64,000 nt of DNA from Eledone cirrhosa (lineage: Eukaryota), in assembly GCA_964016885.1 (NCBI GenBank), contig OZ024745.1, forward strand, positions 31,744,001 to 31,808,000, given 5' to 3'. Of the stretch, positions 13,187 to 27,800 are shown piece by piece; position 1 is the stretch's first letter; each line of letters starts with the position of its first letter. A model generated the notes under the pieces. It saw only the letters and a list, made by a program, of their open reading frames with translations, was not told the DNA's origin and searched no databases. The position numbers and the translations under genes are program-made.

Positions 13187-15289
13187 CCATGTATATCTGA
13201 CTTAGAATAGGTAAACTGCATCTGTGTGTCGTAAGAAGCAACGAAGAATTGGTGTCAGAAAGGGCATCCAGTTGCAAAACATTGCCTCAAAAAGTCTGAT
13301 CAAACCCATGCCAACATGAAAGTCAATGTAAAAATGAGAGAGATTTTCTGATGACTGTCTAACGTACGAAATGTCGTTTTTCATACATATCGTTGCATTG
13401 TAATGTTCTCCTGAGTGTGTGTGTGTGTATTTTTCCTTGGTGAATTATCGTGTATGTGTATATATAGAGAGAGAGAGAGACATACACACACGCACACACA
13501 CATATATATATGTCTGTATGCATGGGTGCTTGAATAGATAGATGCATGCTTGAGAGAAATGTACACTCCACCTATAATTATATCATTTCATATCGAACCA
13601 ATGAGAGTGCTTCTACGTAGTTGCACGAACTGCTAGAAATAGCAACAAAATGTTCTTTAAATTAGACCTGCCATCTTAGAAAAAGAAAAGACATGTTTGA
13701 TAATGTAGTCTTCGGTTGACTATACTTTAAAAAATAAAAACTCACAAACACTTGTAAGGTGAAGAATGCGAAGATACATTCGATCATTAGATTTGTCCAA
13801 TCATGTCTGCTCTAAACATCTTTTCATTTTCAGAAATTTAATTTCTAAGCTATTTTCGTTGCAGCAGCACTGCTTATATATACTGCTTATATTTTAGAAG
13901 AGCCACTTAACTGAAACTAGATCCAAGTTAAGGTATACGTTCATTCAAGTATGTGCGCGTGAGTGTGAGATATCAAACAGGTGATTGGAAAGTCAACAAG
14001 ATTATTTGTTTTACTGTAATTATCGAAATACCGTAAAGAAACAATTACGGCCAGTATTGGATTGAATTTCCAATAGATATATTCTAGACAATAAATTTCA
14101 GAAATAAAATCTAACGTGTAAATTCCAGGAAGGATGGAACAAAACAGTTCATAATGTACTTCTAACTCATTAATAAATGTGGCTTTTGTCAGAGCTGTTG
14201 AAGCAAATCCAAAAACCTAGTTAGCACTTCGTGGGAGACTATGTAAACAGTTATATTTTCAGTAATAATATTAATAATGAATGAATACAAACTCCTTTGT
14301 TTTCTTTTTTAAACCTTTAATCGAATATGAATATATACTAAATGCATTAAGCGATCTTTCCTACTACAATGTACAGTCAATGTAAAATCCCTATTCTAAT
14401 ACGTTAATGTATTAATTAGAGAGATTATTTGAAGCATTTTTGGTTTTGTTTTCTTTTTTGGATGTTGTATAATTCTTTTTTTAATCTGGTGACTTTATAT
14501 TTAAGAAATCACAATTATACGATACTTTGTAAAAAAAAAAATGCAATGTTTGTTATTGAAGCAGTAAATTAGTTTTAAGAATAACTATTACAGTATAAGA
14601 AGAGTCAAAATATCTTCCTATGTTGAGATTAGAAGTGAAATACGAAAAACCAAATAGGAAACAGAATTTGAAAAGAGCGAAATGAAAAAAAAAATATTTA
14701 TAGTGTAAATTTGTTATAGTATCATTATCAACATTGTCGAAGATGGGTGTAAGAAATATAAAATTGTAAGCTAATCTTTCTAAAACAAATAGATACGCTG
14801 AATCACAGTTCAGATAATAATAGAGGACATTCGAAAATTGGACACTTTACAAATTATATCTAAATAAGGAAAAATGTATGAAATAAATAATAGAAACTTA
14901 CCATAAAATAGCGTCTGTTTCCGCAGGAAGTAAAGTTTCTAATTCAAGGGCAGTAACTCTTAATACTACTTCCTTTTCGTCGCCAACTAGTATTTAATTA
15001 AGTTTTTTTTATTATTATTGTATTTTTTCGATTTAATCGACTTTCCCTTCTCCGCAAAAAATTGCTGGCCATTCATTATTTTAATGGTTTCAATCACTGG
15101 ACGGCGACAATGCTAAGGCATCACCTTCAAATGCTTAATCGATTATATCAGTATTTAATAGCATTTATTTAATACTTATTGTATCGATTCTATTATTGAA
15201 GTACTGCATTACGGAAGATAAACGGACTCCCACATAACACCGGTTTTAGATCGGTGCAAATATAAACAGAGACACAAAATACACACTTA

Positions 15290-15597
15290 CTTGCCTAGGC
15301 TTTGTGGTTGGGGTATTCGACTCACGATCGTAAGGTCGTGAGTTCGATTCCAGGCGTCGCGCTGTGTCCTTGAGCTAGATACTCTATTTCACGTTGTTCT
15401 ACTTCACTCAGCTGGCAAAAGTAAGTTGTACCTGTAATTCGAAGGGCCAGCCTTGTCACATTCTATGTCACGTCGAATCTTCCTGAGAACTACGTTAAGG
15501 GTTCACGTATTTGTGGAATGCTCAGCCACTTGCATGTTAATTTCATGAGCAGGCTGTTTAGTTGATCGGATCAACTGGAACGCACCGACGGAGTGCC
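15290..15597 (+). mobile_element. tRNA-derived SINE with CORE-like domain
   Basis: B-box GAGTTCGATTCC followed by TGTGTCCTTGAGC.AGA.ACT. Related copies lie at ~36470-36600 (-) and ~42700-42940 (-). Confidence 0.7.
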
Positions 15598-15612
15598 CTA
15601 TATATATATATA

Positions 15613-15810
15613 TAGGAAAATGTATGACCCCGACGGCAGAGCTCAAGCCGTTTCAACGGCTATTTTTGGAGTCTAGAAATAGCTGTCAAAACGGCTTGAG
15701 CTCTGCCGTTGGGGTCATACATTTTCCTATTATCCACTCTACTACCCTAAGTATTGAGTACTCTGGTGCGTTATGGTCCATCTGGTTCCTTACCACAACT
15801 CCTTCGTTAT
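15613..15810. repeat. Short element with terminal fold-back; second copy at 28850-28990
   Basis: TAGGAAAATGTATGACCCCGACGGCAGAGCTCAAGCCGTTT...AAACGGCTTGAGCTCTGCCGTTGGGGTCATACATTTTCCTA, flanked by TA. Confidence 0.8.
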
Positions 15811-16427
15811 ATATACAAATATTAATAAAATAGATGTTCTTTTGATCAATTACATTTTATTATACATATTTCGGATGTACAACAGTAGATCCTCATCAGA
15901 CAAAATATAATGATACATGACATACCCTGAGATGTTAAATGGTTAAGATTTAATCAAGGTAGTGATTAACATAAGAGAAAGTTTAACATTTATACCCTAA
16001 TAATGAGAAAATTCGAAAACGTAATAAATTCAATAGAGAATGTGTGAGTAGGAAAAACGTTGCTTAATGTAACAGTTATAGAGATTTTAAAATGTATGAT
16101 ACTACAATTTATCTGGGAAAACAGTCAATGAGAGCCGCTGGGATAGGATATATAGAGAGGGAAAGATAAGGGGTAATATATGGAGAAGGAGATTTTCCGA
16201 AAGTTAAACGGTTAAGTTTGAAAATATTTAATTTATGCTATTTTAGGGTGAAGAATCAAGATTTTAGATTTTTTTTTTAAATTGCTGGTTATTATATTTA
16301 TTAGTTTTGTAAATTCTATAAGTGTTTTAACATTTCTAAACTGATGAGGACGTACTGTTGTACATCCAAAATATGTATAATAAAATGTAATTGATCAAAA
16401 GAACATCTATTTTATTAATATTTGTAT
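15810..16427. repeat. Inverted repeat (~90-bp arms) carrying hammerhead motifs
   Basis: 15810-15899 is the reverse complement of 16341-16427. Confidence 0.85.
15853..15907 (-). ncRNA. Type I hammerhead ribozyme motif
   Basis: Minus strand: TATTTTGT-CTGATGA-GGAT..ATCC-GAA-ATATGTAT-A-ATAAAATG, with an 8-bp stem I. The partner at ~16341 has GAAA changed to AAAA. Confidence 0.78.
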
Positions 16428-16525
16428 TTTAATATTAATAACTCTGGAAAATTCTTTACCACAGAGTGCTTCCAATCTACTGTAAAACTCATTCTTTGAT
16501 ATACTCATTGAATCTTATTTAACTC

Positions 16526-16577
<52 letters not shown>

Positions 16578-16635
16578 GTTTATGTATTTGTTTTGCAAGA
16601 TTTCTTATCTGCAAACGTATTGAAACAAATATTGT

Positions 16636-16968
16636 TATACTTTGGGAGGGTCATGCTGCCAATTAAACACACCCACCTGTGGATTTTCACTTCAATTTAT
16701 TACGAATCTCCAGTTGGTTGGTTTAATAACCGGATAGTTGTTTATTTATTGTCAAAACTCTTTCGTCACATTCTGTGACCTCCTCAGTGAATAATTTATT
16801 TTGTGTCTTTCCTATGTTCTGTCCCACAGAATGTGTGACGAAAGAGCTTTGACAATAAATAAATAACCATCTGGTTACTAAACCAATCAACCGAAATTTG
16901 TAATAAATTGAAGTGAAAACCAACAGGTGCGTGTGTTTTTATTGGCAGCATGACCCTCCCAAGGTATA
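16636..16968. repeat. Diverged inverted repeat (~140-bp arms)
   Basis: GGGAGGGTCATGCTGCCAAT...ATTGGCAGCATGACCCTCCC. Confidence 0.88.
16746..16794 (-). ncRNA. Hammerhead ribozyme motif (one extra nucleotide after the core)
   Basis: Minus strand: TTATTCA-CTGAGGA-G-GTCAC.AGAAT.GTGAC-GAA-AGAGTT-T-TGACAATAA. Confidence 0.6.
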
Positions 16969-19900
16969 TAATAGGCACTACCATTGTTACTGTCGCACTA
17001 TTTCTCGCCAAGGGACTTAGATACTAGAGCCGAATGTTACCATTCTATTGTAGAGCGATAGGAGACTGATATTTTAATAACCGTTTTTCACTTGTTTGTT
17101 AATTTGTTTTTGAGATACAACCGGCACTGGCAGTGAAACCCATGCTAGTCTCGTCAACTTATTATTATATAGATTTTGGGCGGATCACTATCTTGTATGG
17201 ACAGAGGTGAAACTGTGAAACTGGTTGTTAGGAAAAGATTTACATCAAACAACACAAAACGATTGAATGTTGTCAAACCTCGAAAATCTGTATCATTTCG
17301 TAAAGCTTTTTCTAATTCACTACCTCATAGTTCATGACTGACTTCAAACAAAATGTTTATGCCACCTCTGCTGATATTCGGAGGATGGTGAGGGAGACAC
17401 GTTGGAAGAGCCATTCCAACTCGCGAAACTCACACCGGCGGGTAACCAACTCTGTGCCGTTGGTGGTGAGTAGGGAGGTGGCTCTAGGGCCAAGTACACC
17501 AGAAATCTCCACTGCTACGGTCTCTGCAAACATGTCAGAGAGCGACCAATATTTGGAGAGTTTACCTCCTCGGTCTGAAATGGAGCAGAGCCTGGATTAG
17601 TCGCAGACTGCACCAGGTTACCGCTGGAGAAAGTGCTGCTGCCTGTGGCATCCCAGATGTGGGGGTTACCACTGTGGACAGGAATATGGTCATGTCGTCT
17701 GGACTTTTGCCGTTCCCTCGGTCCAGCTCCGCCGGCTCGAGCTGGGTGAGGAAGCCCGCAGCATCCAAGCCATGCTTTAATTATGGCGGTAAAATCGACC
17801 CCAGTGCATTACGTAAAAGGCCGTAACTCTATGTGGCAAGGCATATTGTCCGACGCTCTACCGATACGGCCAATCCACGGCCCTCTTCCAATAATAAGAC
17901 TTAGAATGTATTTCTGAAATCCACTATATAATGATAATCCTTCCATTGGTAGCATTATTAGAACTATTTTACACGCGCACTGTGTCTAATATCTTCAGTG
18001 TAGGGATACAATATAGCCTTTTCGCTTTTAGCTTCGGCTCGCTAACAGCTAACTTGTGTGTATACATATCTCTACTGTGATAGGAAAACTACTACCGTCT
18101 CGATTATCAATCAATTGGATATTATTGTAGAACACCCTCATCGATTTCAGTAGGAAAACATTTTTTCGTGTACTATCAACTAATCTAACCTACGAGATAC
18201 TCGCAATCGACAATTTTTGCAAGAAAACAGACGGGTGAGATTATCCGGAAAAAAAGAACGAGGAAAAAATTTATTTCCCACTGAAATCGAGAGGTAGGGG
18301 TTATAATATAAACTTACCATCAATTGCTTTGATCAAGAAAGAATTGGAGAACAACCAACGAGAGTCTAAGACAGTAATAACATAAATACATGAATAACTT
18401 GATACCTTGAAACGTTTCTCTCCGTGATTTCGCTATTGGAAGAAACGTTTATTGAGAAAGACAACATAGCAAATAATAAGCATAAAATATGATATATCCC
18501 AGCGGATATCAAGAACTATTAAGATAACGTAGCAAATAAACTGTGCTACGACTCACACCTTCGCCTTGCTGACATCATAAGTCGTACGAAGCTCTCCTTA
18601 GCTGGAAATGTGAAATGTCACAATGAACCTGGTGGCAGAGTTCTTTTCTGGAAACCTGATGTGTGCAGACGAGCTGGGGAACCAGCCACCTCGCTGAAAA
18701 ATGTTCTTGAAGATGTCACCGAGTTGGAGGCAGGGGAACTGGACAGGGTGAGCTGGAGTAGAAACTTTGTCATGACACCAATAATGGATGTATAGAAGAT
18801 AATCAGACTTGAACAAAATTGGAAAACATTCTTGTGTGTGTGTGTCCGCGTGCGTGCGTAAATAAGTTTGCATGTATATTTTTAATAAACATATTTGTCC
18901 TTGCTGCATAAATATATACTATGTAGCAATAATTTGATCTCTCAGTAAAGTAGGTCAGGTCTCCACATATACTGACCCCTCAACAAAATGTGCATTTATC
19001 TTTGTGTTCAAAACCACACCATCGCCTGGACGTTGGCTATGATAAGAGAAAGTATCGTAATAAAGTCCAGTAATACACTGGGATAATTGCTGGCCTTGTG
19101 CCAAAAGTAGAATCAATTATAAAGACGAACTGTATTTTTATCAAATACTCTTCTCAAAACAGAAAATCGTTTTTGTAAAAAAATAATTCACCAACACTGA
19201 ATTTTTTTTATTGGAATTGAGACGATGAGAATTTGAAGACCTCTAAAGATTGAACCATTCTGTAGGATAGATAACACTATAATGAAACTATGAAGTTATC
19301 GTCTTTTTGGCACCTTTTACAGTCTCATAAATATGGTATTTTGCTTTATTGTTACTCAGAGGAATAACCATAAGATGTTCGCTGCCACTCTTCATAACAG
19401 TTTCTATAATTTCCCTGTTAGCTTCTATAATATCTTCTCCAATTGAATTTGGAATTATTTTGTCATTGTTAAAATGATATATTATAAGAGGTCTTCATTT
19501 ATCTATTAAGAAAGGGCATTAAAGCTGGATGGTTTCTAAATCCTTCATTTGTTTATCGTTTTACTTATTTGTATGCTTCATCTCAAAGTGGCCTTGAAGG
19601 CTTCATTGCATCATTTCCCATTGACTTTTCACATAACACATATTTCAAATATTTCTGTGAATGTTGTTGACATTTTTGCAATATTTGGACGTATTGGTTT
19701 CCTCTCGGTACACCGGTTTTCACATATTATAAGAACAGTTTTATTCCCATGGGTCGTTTCCCCCCGCCCAACACTCCAGCCTCTACACATTTAAAATGGC
19801 AAAAGTAGATGGCGAATTGGTATGCATGGTACCGTTACTCCTGATCGGGTTGCAGGAGCACTGTATTGACATACAGCGTTTCTTGGACATTTTAAAACCT

Positions 19901-19994
19901 GGTGGAGCCCGATCCTCTCCAGGTCTAAATATAACAGAGTTCTTTCCGAGAATGATAGAAAGTGAAAAGAAGGAAGTGGGAAAGAGATATAGAG

Positions 19995-21050
19995 GAAGAA
20001 TCGACCCCAGTACGTGATTGGTACTTGGTTTGTTGACTTCGAATCGATGAAAGACAATGTTGAAAAGTGGGATTTTAATTCAGAAAGCAAATGCCGCAAA
20101 GTATTCTATCCGACGTTCAAACGACTCTGTCAATTTTCTGTCCGTCAGTACTTTACTGGTACATTATTTCCTTGACACTGGCAAGATGAAAAGCAAAATT
20201 GACTTCGGCGGGATTTGAACTCAGAACGTAGAAAGGCGTGACTAAATACTACAAAGCATTTTATCCAACGCCCTACCAATACTGCCAACCCACTTTCCCT
20301 TTTCCCAAATTGGCAGAATCAGTAGAGTGTCAGACACCATGCTTTACAGTATAGAGTTATGGCCCTTTACGTTCTGAGTTCAAATCCCACCGAGGTTAAC
20401 TTTGCCTTTCATCCTTATGGGGTTGATAAAATAAAGTACCAGTAATACACTGAGATAATTTCTGGCCTTGAGCCAAAAGTAGAAACAATTATTTAAGAAA
20501 TGTTTGCCGACCATGTCATTTTTCAGCGCAGTGACAATAACATGACATGGCCTATTCGATAGTGCTTTGCACTATCAAAGCTACAGCCCTTTACCTTTTG
20601 AGTTCAAATCTCGCTGAAGTCAACTTTGCCTTTTATGTTTCCGGGGTTGACAGTATAAAATATAAGTCAAGTACTAGGGTTAATGTAACTGATGTTCCCC
20701 CATCCCTCAAATTTGTGGCTTCATGCCTAAATTCAAAAATCAATATTTTATATTTGCTAAATTTGTATCCTTTAAAAACCATCAGAGTTTCCATGCCAGA
20801 TACTTCATACTATTATTTTGCTATGCGTTGCTGCTTGTAGTTTCTTATTCTTAGTCCTTACCTATACATAAATATTGATTTCTATTTCAGACACAGCTCC
20901 AGTAAATTTGTGGTGAAGAACAAAGTTGATTAAATCAACCCCAGTACTTGACTGTTAGTTGACCTCAGTGGGTTTTGAAATCAGAATGTAAAGAACCAGA
21001 ACAAACACTCCAATGACATTTTATACGACACTCTACCAATTCTGCCAATA
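19995..21050. mobile_element. Cluster of tRNA-derived SINEs with Nin-like central domain, both orientations
   Basis: Repeated CTGAGTTCAAATCCC..CGAGGT.AACTTTGCCTTTCATCC...GGGG.TGATAAA motif, e.g. 20309-20492 (+), 20150-20290 (-), 20570-20750 (+). Confidence 0.8.
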
Positions 21051-22953
21051 CACCACCCTATGCATAATTATATACCAATATAATTGCTATATACAAATAC
21101 AGACGTGCGTAAGTAATCTAGAATCGGGTTTCAAACAGAAAAAGACATTAAATATACTAGGAGAAACACTCCCTCCTTCATATGATAATTTTACAGAGGG
21201 CAGTGTTTCTACTAGTAGTAGTAATAAGAATCTAAATAGTGAGCTAAAATTAATCTTTCGTATCCAATGATATTTTATATCTGATATCTTATATCTTGAA
21301 ATTTAATTAATTCATTTCTTCTACAATTTAATTTTCCTGTATCAAAACCTCATGAATTATTATATTGCAAACTTTAGCTGAACAAATTTTATAATTTTCT
21401 TTTCAGATGAAAATTCCTTTATTATTTTAATGTTAAATTATTATTTTTGTTTTTTCTTTAACAACATTTTCATCGTGCAGATAGACTATCAATAAGAATT
21501 CAATCTACATACTATTTTTCCATATCAGATGAAGTATTGATATAATGCTTTTGCCATTGTTAATCCCACCTGGATAGCAATGCGTTTGTTCCCTTTGTTC
21601 AACTAGATTTCGGTGAGAAATCTACAGCAGGTTCTATAGGAAATTCAAATTATTTGCTTGGTGTTAAATGAAGTATGATTATAACAAAGATAAAGAATAT
21701 TTCCCCAAAGCTAATACTATCAATCTTGAAATATTGCAGCAGATTGAATTAGTGCCAAAGAAATCAATAGACTCTTCTTTGATTACACTCCTACAAGAGC
21801 AATCTTACTTCTGATATTCTCTTGAGAAGATCAAATCTTTTTTGTAGCATTTCCAACTGACTTTGAAGTTATAGTTATAGAAACATGCATTGTATAATTC
21901 TGGAACTAACAATCTCTAGTCGGAATGGTAATTTCCTAAAATTCAATCAACCAGTCATTTTATTTCCTTAACTCAGGCCTCAATTGAATATGAAATCAAA
22001 CATATTTTTATTATTTTAAATAAAAGATATCTTTGACTCACGAATTTGAAAAAGGTTTTGATTATAGATTGGGGCTAGAATAGTAATAGTGATGGTAATA
22101 ATAGAATAGTAATAAGATGATGGAAAGAAGGATTCCAGCTCTAAAGAACTGCATGTGTATATATCATCACCATCATTATCATAATCATCATTTAACGTCC
22201 GCTTTTCCTGCTGGCAAGAGTTGGACGGGTCTTGAGTGTATAATATCGCAACTCTCTCCCTCTCTCATGCACGCTGTAAATACGACCAGCTCGATGAATA
22301 AAAGAAATAAGTGTAATTTGAAATGGAGAATCTGATGAACTGACGTTTTAATAACAATAAATATACTATTGTAACATGATTTACTGAAATTTACAATTTA
22401 CGAGATTATTTGCTGAAACAATTGTAAAAAATAAAATTATATCATTTTACCTTCCCTGATTTTTTTTTATCGTTACTATATACACATATGTATACATATA
22501 TATATATATTTGTGTGTGTGTCTGTGTGCGTGTGTGTGTGCGAATAGTATTTTATGTGTGTATAGTAATGTGAGTGTGTGTGGAGCAATATCCGTAGATG
22601 GAAAAAAGGAAAACAGTGCTCAATTGGAAGAGAGCAGAAATATTCTATTATGTATTATGTTCCTACACGGAAGAAAGGTGCTAAGGTCGAAATTTGACCA
22701 TACCTCCAGAAAACAAGGGACATCAAAATAGTGACCTTTCTTCAGGTGCTAATACTAGTTTATAAGATCACTATTTTGATGCCATTTCGGGCTTGAAACA
22801 TTGGTTAGCGCTTTTGTTCCATGTATGAACATAAATAAATAATATAATATAATTAAATAGCTCTGTTCTATATATAGAGCACTCCTTTTTTCCTTTCCTT
22901 TTCCTTTTGAATTACCTAACACATAATATGATATATATATATATATATATACA

Positions 22954-23078
22954 CAGTGAAATTCCGTTATAACGAAAAATTCTTTATAACGAGATCGACT
23001 TTACACATCGAGCGTGTGGCCGGGGACTGAAAAAAATATTGTTATATCGAAAAATTCGTTATAACAGAATTTCATCTG
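22954..23078. mobile_element. pogo/Tigger-type MITE
   Basis: TIRs CAGTGAAATTCCGTTATAACGAA / TTCGTTATAACAGAATTTCATCTG, located within a TA tract. Confidence 0.7.
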
Positions 23079-23159
23079 CACATATATATATATATATATA
23101 CATACACACACATCTATATATATATATATATATATAGATGTGTGTGTATGTGTATATAG

Positions 23160-23382
23160 ACAACTTTGGTACGCTTTCATCAGATAAAATACAAAGTGTG
23201 TTTTATAAATAGAGATAAACCCATGAAAATCATACCTTATCAGTTAGAAATTCACTGGATAGTGAATTAGTGAATTCACTATCCAGTGAATTTCTAACCG
23301 ATAAGGTATGATGTTCATGGGTTTATCTCTATTTATACAACAAACTTTGTATTTTATCTGATGAAAGCATACCAATGTTGTC
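23160..23382. repeat. Near-spacerless fold-back inverted repeat (~110-bp arms)
   Basis: Centre ~23270: AGAAATTCACTGGATAGTGAATT / AATTCACTATCCAGTGAATTTCT. Confidence 0.9.
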
Positions 23383-23414
23383 TTGATTGCCCTTGAAATA
23401 TATATAATAAAATA
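23350..23414 (+). ncRNA. Type I hammerhead ribozyme motif
   Basis: TATTTTAT-CTGATGA-AAG..CTT-GAA-ATATATAT-A-ATAAAATA, with a perfect 8-bp stem I and palindromic stem III. Confidence 0.75.
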
Positions 23415-23575
23415 AATATGGTTTTATAAATATAGTTTCCATTTATTTAATATCTTTGACTATTTACTCCAGTTACTGTTGAGTGCTCTAAATCAGTTAT
23501 AAACATTTATGTTTGTCGGACTTCCAACAAATTAAATACAACTTCTACTTATATATATATATATATATATATATA

Positions 23576-23992
23576 TTTAAGAGTGAAAAATGAAATTTTG
23601 TTTCATTCTTTTCTATTTATCGTTTTCGGTTGCCTAGCCGACTAACTCACTCGATATGCAAATTAGGCTGCTCAGTCGTTAATATGCATAAGGAAAGTAC
23701 ATACTTTCAAACATTCAATAATCTGACAGAAAGGTATACGATGCTGACGATAGCTAATAAGCTTGAAACTAGTACATCGTTCCTGTGTCAGTGTTGAACA
23801 AAAGGGCGACGATGGTTGCTGAGCACTGTATGGCATAATTCGGGCTGTTTGTTTACAAACACGCCGAGCATTATAATAAATGTTCGGTAAACCCATACCT
23901 ACATATATATGTGTGTGCATGTATGTATATATATATATATATACATACTACTGTACGTCTGTACACATATATGTATGTACGTATACATACTT
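23576..23992 (+). mobile_element. Third copy of the hammerhead-bearing monomer (HHR 23738-23780)
   Basis: Homologous to 12470-12907. HHR reads ACGATG-CTGACGA-...-GAA-ACTAGT-A-CATCGT with fully Watson-Crick stem I. Confidence 0.82.
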
Positions 23993-24048
23993 ATATATAT
24001 ATATATATGTAGGTATGTTTTGAAACAGTGAGCAGGTTTGAAATTAGA

Positions 24049-24243
24049 AAATAGAATAGCTTTCACCGTATTTTTGACTAAAGAAATTTTAGCCTGATAA
24101 TGGGGTTTAGAACCCTCAGATAAATGGAAAAAATGAGTATTGACGTACATGGGAGTCGAACCCACATCTTAGGTTATCCAGACCACTGTGCCAACACATC
24201 ACCCGGGTGATGTGTTGGTACGGTGAAAGCTATTCTATTTTCT
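24049..24243 (-). repeat. tRNA-like (B-box) fragment inside nested inverted repeats
   Basis: Minus-strand GGTTCGACTCC, a 28-bp palindrome at 24191-24218, and outer arms AGAAAATAGAATAGCTTTCACCGTA / TACGGTGAAAGCTATTCTATTTTCT. Confidence 0.55.
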
Positions 24244-24307
24244 TATATATATATATACATATATATACACATATATATATATACACACATATATATATAC
24301 ACATATA

Positions 24308-24546
24308 CAAGGTGTCCCCAAAAGTTTGCATCATTTGAGATGTGAATATCTGAGTAACTACATGTTCTAGGCAAAAGAAATTAAAATAGGTTTCATGTTG
24401 AACATTTCTTGAAAAAAAAAAAGGAAAATATTTAACATTAAACTTGATTAGTTTTTACATATTTTGTTAAACTTTGATATCATTTGAGCGAGAATTGGTT
24501 ATGTTATTAGCCAACGAAACAATGTCAATTTTTGGGGAACATCCTG
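24308..24546. mobile_element. Tc1/mariner-type MITE
   Basis: TA|CAAGGTGTCCCCAAAA ... TTTTGGGGAACATCCTG|TA. Confidence 0.7.
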
Positions 24547-24883
24547 TATATATATATATATATCTGGGCTTAACAAAGAGCAGATGAACTCCACAGTCAA
24601 CAGTCATTTACTGCAGCTATGAGTTCATTAGCCTCACCAACCTGTAATAGGCCAAGCGTGGTGAATACGGCTTCACCACTGGAGAGGTTAAACTCCATGA
24701 CAATAACACGTGATCCTCATAACTGTCCTGTTATCTCGCCTTGGCTTGTCACTCAACCCATAGATGCGGTGATGGGGTGGATGCTATGTGTGTCGCAAAA
24801 GCTCGTAACATTGCCATCTTTATGTGAAGATATTTCTTCACAAGATGGAGGAGTGGCAGCGTGTGCAGACTCGACGCGTTAGA

Positions 24884-27800
24884 ACAGTGACTCTCAACCA
24901 GTGTGCCACGAAATTTTGAACGGCACACTAAGAAAATGCGAAAGTAAGTTCATAGCTGTGTGTTTCTTTATTTAGTTTGAGTAATTCTATGTGTCTATGA
25001 CTAGTCTGTGTCTACGGTTGTATGCTGTCTATGACTAGTCTGTGTCTATGACTAGTCTGTGTCTACGGTTGTATGCTGTCTATGACTAGTCTGTGTCTAC
25101 GGTTGTATGCTGTCTATGACTAGTCTGTGTCTACGGTTGTATGCTGTCTATGACTAGTCTGTGTCTACGGTTGTATGCCGTCTATGACTAGTCTGTGTCT
25201 ATGACTAGTCTGTGTCTACGGTTGTATGCCGTCTATGACTAGTCTGTGTCTATGACTAGTCTGTGTCTACGGTTGTATGCTGTCTATGACTAGTCTGTGT
25301 CTACGGTTGTATGCTGTCTATGACTAGTCTATGTCTACGGTTATATGCTGTCTATGACTAGTCTGTGTCTACGGTTGTATGCTGTCTATGACTAGTCTGT
25401 GTCTACGGTTGTATGCTGTCTATGACTAGTCTGGGTCTACGGTTGTATGCTGTCTATGACTAGTCTGTGTCTACGGTTGTATGCCGTCTATGACTAGTCT
25501 GTGTCTATGACTAGTCTGTGTCTACGGTTGTATGCCGTCTATGACTAGTCTGTGTCTATGACTAGTCTGTGTCTATGACTAGTCTGTGTCTACGGTTGTA
25601 TGCTGTCTATGACTAGTCTGTGTCTATGACTAGTCTGTGTCTACGGTTGTATGCTGTCTATGACTAGTCTGTGTCTATGACTAGTCTGTGTCTATGGTCG
25701 TATGCCGTCTATGACTAGTCTGTGTCTATGACTAGTCTGTGTCTATGACTAGTCTGTGTCTACGGTTGTATGCTGTCTATGACTAGTCTGTGTCTATGAC
25801 TAGTCTGTGTCTACGGTTGTATGCTGTCTATGACTAGTCTGTGTCTACGGTTGTATGCTGTCTATGACTAGTCTGTGTCTATGACTAGTCTATGTCTACG
25901 GTTGTATGCTGTCTATGACTAGTCTGTGTCTACGGTTGTATGCTGTCTATGACTAGTCTGTGTCTACGGTTGTATGCTGTCTATGACTAGTCTATGTCTA
26001 CGGTTGTATGCTGTCTATGACTAGTCTGTGTCTACGGTTGTATGCTGTCTATGACTAGTCTGTGTCTACGGTTGTATGCTGTCTATGACTAGTCTGTGTC
26101 TACGGTTGTATGCTGTCTATGACTAGTCTGTGTCTACGGTTGTATGCTGTCTATGACTAGTCTGTGTCTATGACTAGTCTATGTCTACGGTTGTATGCTG
26201 TCTATGACTAGTCTGTGTCTACGGTTGTATGCTGTCTATGACTAGTCTATGTCTACGGTTGTATGCTGTCTATGACTAGTCTGTGTCTACGGTTGTATGC
26301 TGTCTATGACTAGTCTGTGTCTACGGTTGTATGCTGTCTATGACTAGTCTGTGTCTACGGTTGTATGCTGTCTATGACTAGTCTATGTCTACGGTTGTAT
26401 GCTGTCTATGACTAGTCTGTGTCTACGGTTGTATGCTGTCTATGACTAGTCTGTGTCTACGGTTATATGCTGTCTATGACTAGTCTGTGTCTACGGTTGT
26501 ATGCTGTCTATGACTAGTCTATGTCTACGGTTGTATGCTGTCTATGACTAGTCTGTGTCTACGGTTGTATGCTGTCTATGACTAGTCCGTGTCTACGGTT
26601 GTATGCTGTCTATGACTAGTCTGTGTCTACGGTTGTATGCTGTCTATGACTAGTCTGTGTCTATGACTAGTCTATGTCTACGGTTGTATGCTGTCTATGA
26701 CTAGTCTGTGTCTACGGTTGTATGCTGTCTATGACTAGTCTGTGTCTACGGTTGTATGCTGTCTATGACTAGTCTGTGTCTACGGTTATATGCTGTCTAT
26801 GACTAGTCTGTGTCTACGGTTGTATGCTGTCTATGACTAGTCTGTGTCTACGGTTGTATGCTGTCTATGACTAGTCTGTGTCTACGGTTGTATGCTGTCT
26901 ATGACTAGTCTGTGTCTATGACTAGTCTGTGTCTACGGTTGTATGCTGTCTATGACTAGTCTGTGTCTATGACTAGTCTATGTCTACGGTTGTATGCTGT
27001 CTATGACTAGTCTGTGTCTATGACTAGTCTGTGTCTATGGTTGTATGCTGTCTATGACTAGTCTGTGTCTATGACTAGTCTGTGTCTACAGTTGTATGCT
27101 GTCTATGACTAGTCTGTGTCTACGGTTGTATGCTGTCTATGACTAGTCTGTGTCTATGACTAGTCTGTGTCTACGGTTGTATGCTGTCTATGACTAGTCT
27201 GTGTCTATGACTAGTCTGTGTCTACGGTTGTATGCTGTCTATGACTTGTCTGTGTCTATGACTAGTCTGTGTCTACGGTTGTATGCTGTCTATGACTAGT
27301 CTGTGTCTATGACTAGTCTATGTCTACGGTTGTATGCTGTCTATGACTAGTCTGTGTCTATGACTAGTCTGTGTCTACGGTTGTATGCTGTCTATGACTA
27401 GTCTGTGTCTACGGTTGTATGCTGTCTAAGACTAGTCTGTGTCTATGACTAGTCTGTGTCTATGGTTGTATGCTGTCTATGACTAGTCTGTGTCTATGAC
27501 TAGTCTGTGTCTACGGTTGTATGCTGTCTATGACTAGTCTGTGTCTATGACTAGTCTGTGTCTACGGTTGTATGCCGTCTATGACTAGTCTGTGTCTACG
27601 GTTGTATGCTGTCTATGACTAGTCTGTGTCTATGACTAGTCTGTGTCTACGGTTGTATGCCGTCTATGACTAGTCTGTGTCTACGGTTGTATGCTGTCTA
27701 TGACTAGTCTGTGTCTACGGTTGTATGCTGTCTATGACTAGTCTGTGTCTACGGTTGTATGCTGTCTATGACTAGTCTGTGTCTACGGTTGTATGCCGTC

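Noticed and set aside
14730-14935. Possible first exon or promoter of another gene (ATG|GTAAG on - near 14900; AAGATGG-GT-GTAAG on +)
   Set aside because: No downstream exons found, and such short motifs occur by chance.
17334-17770. GC-richer short ORFs
   Set aside because: No recognisable domain or splice structure, probably a repeat fragment.
22560-22930. Diverged inverted repeat with split hammerhead pieces (CTGAAGA on -, GAAAC on +)
   Set aside because: No complete motif on either strand.
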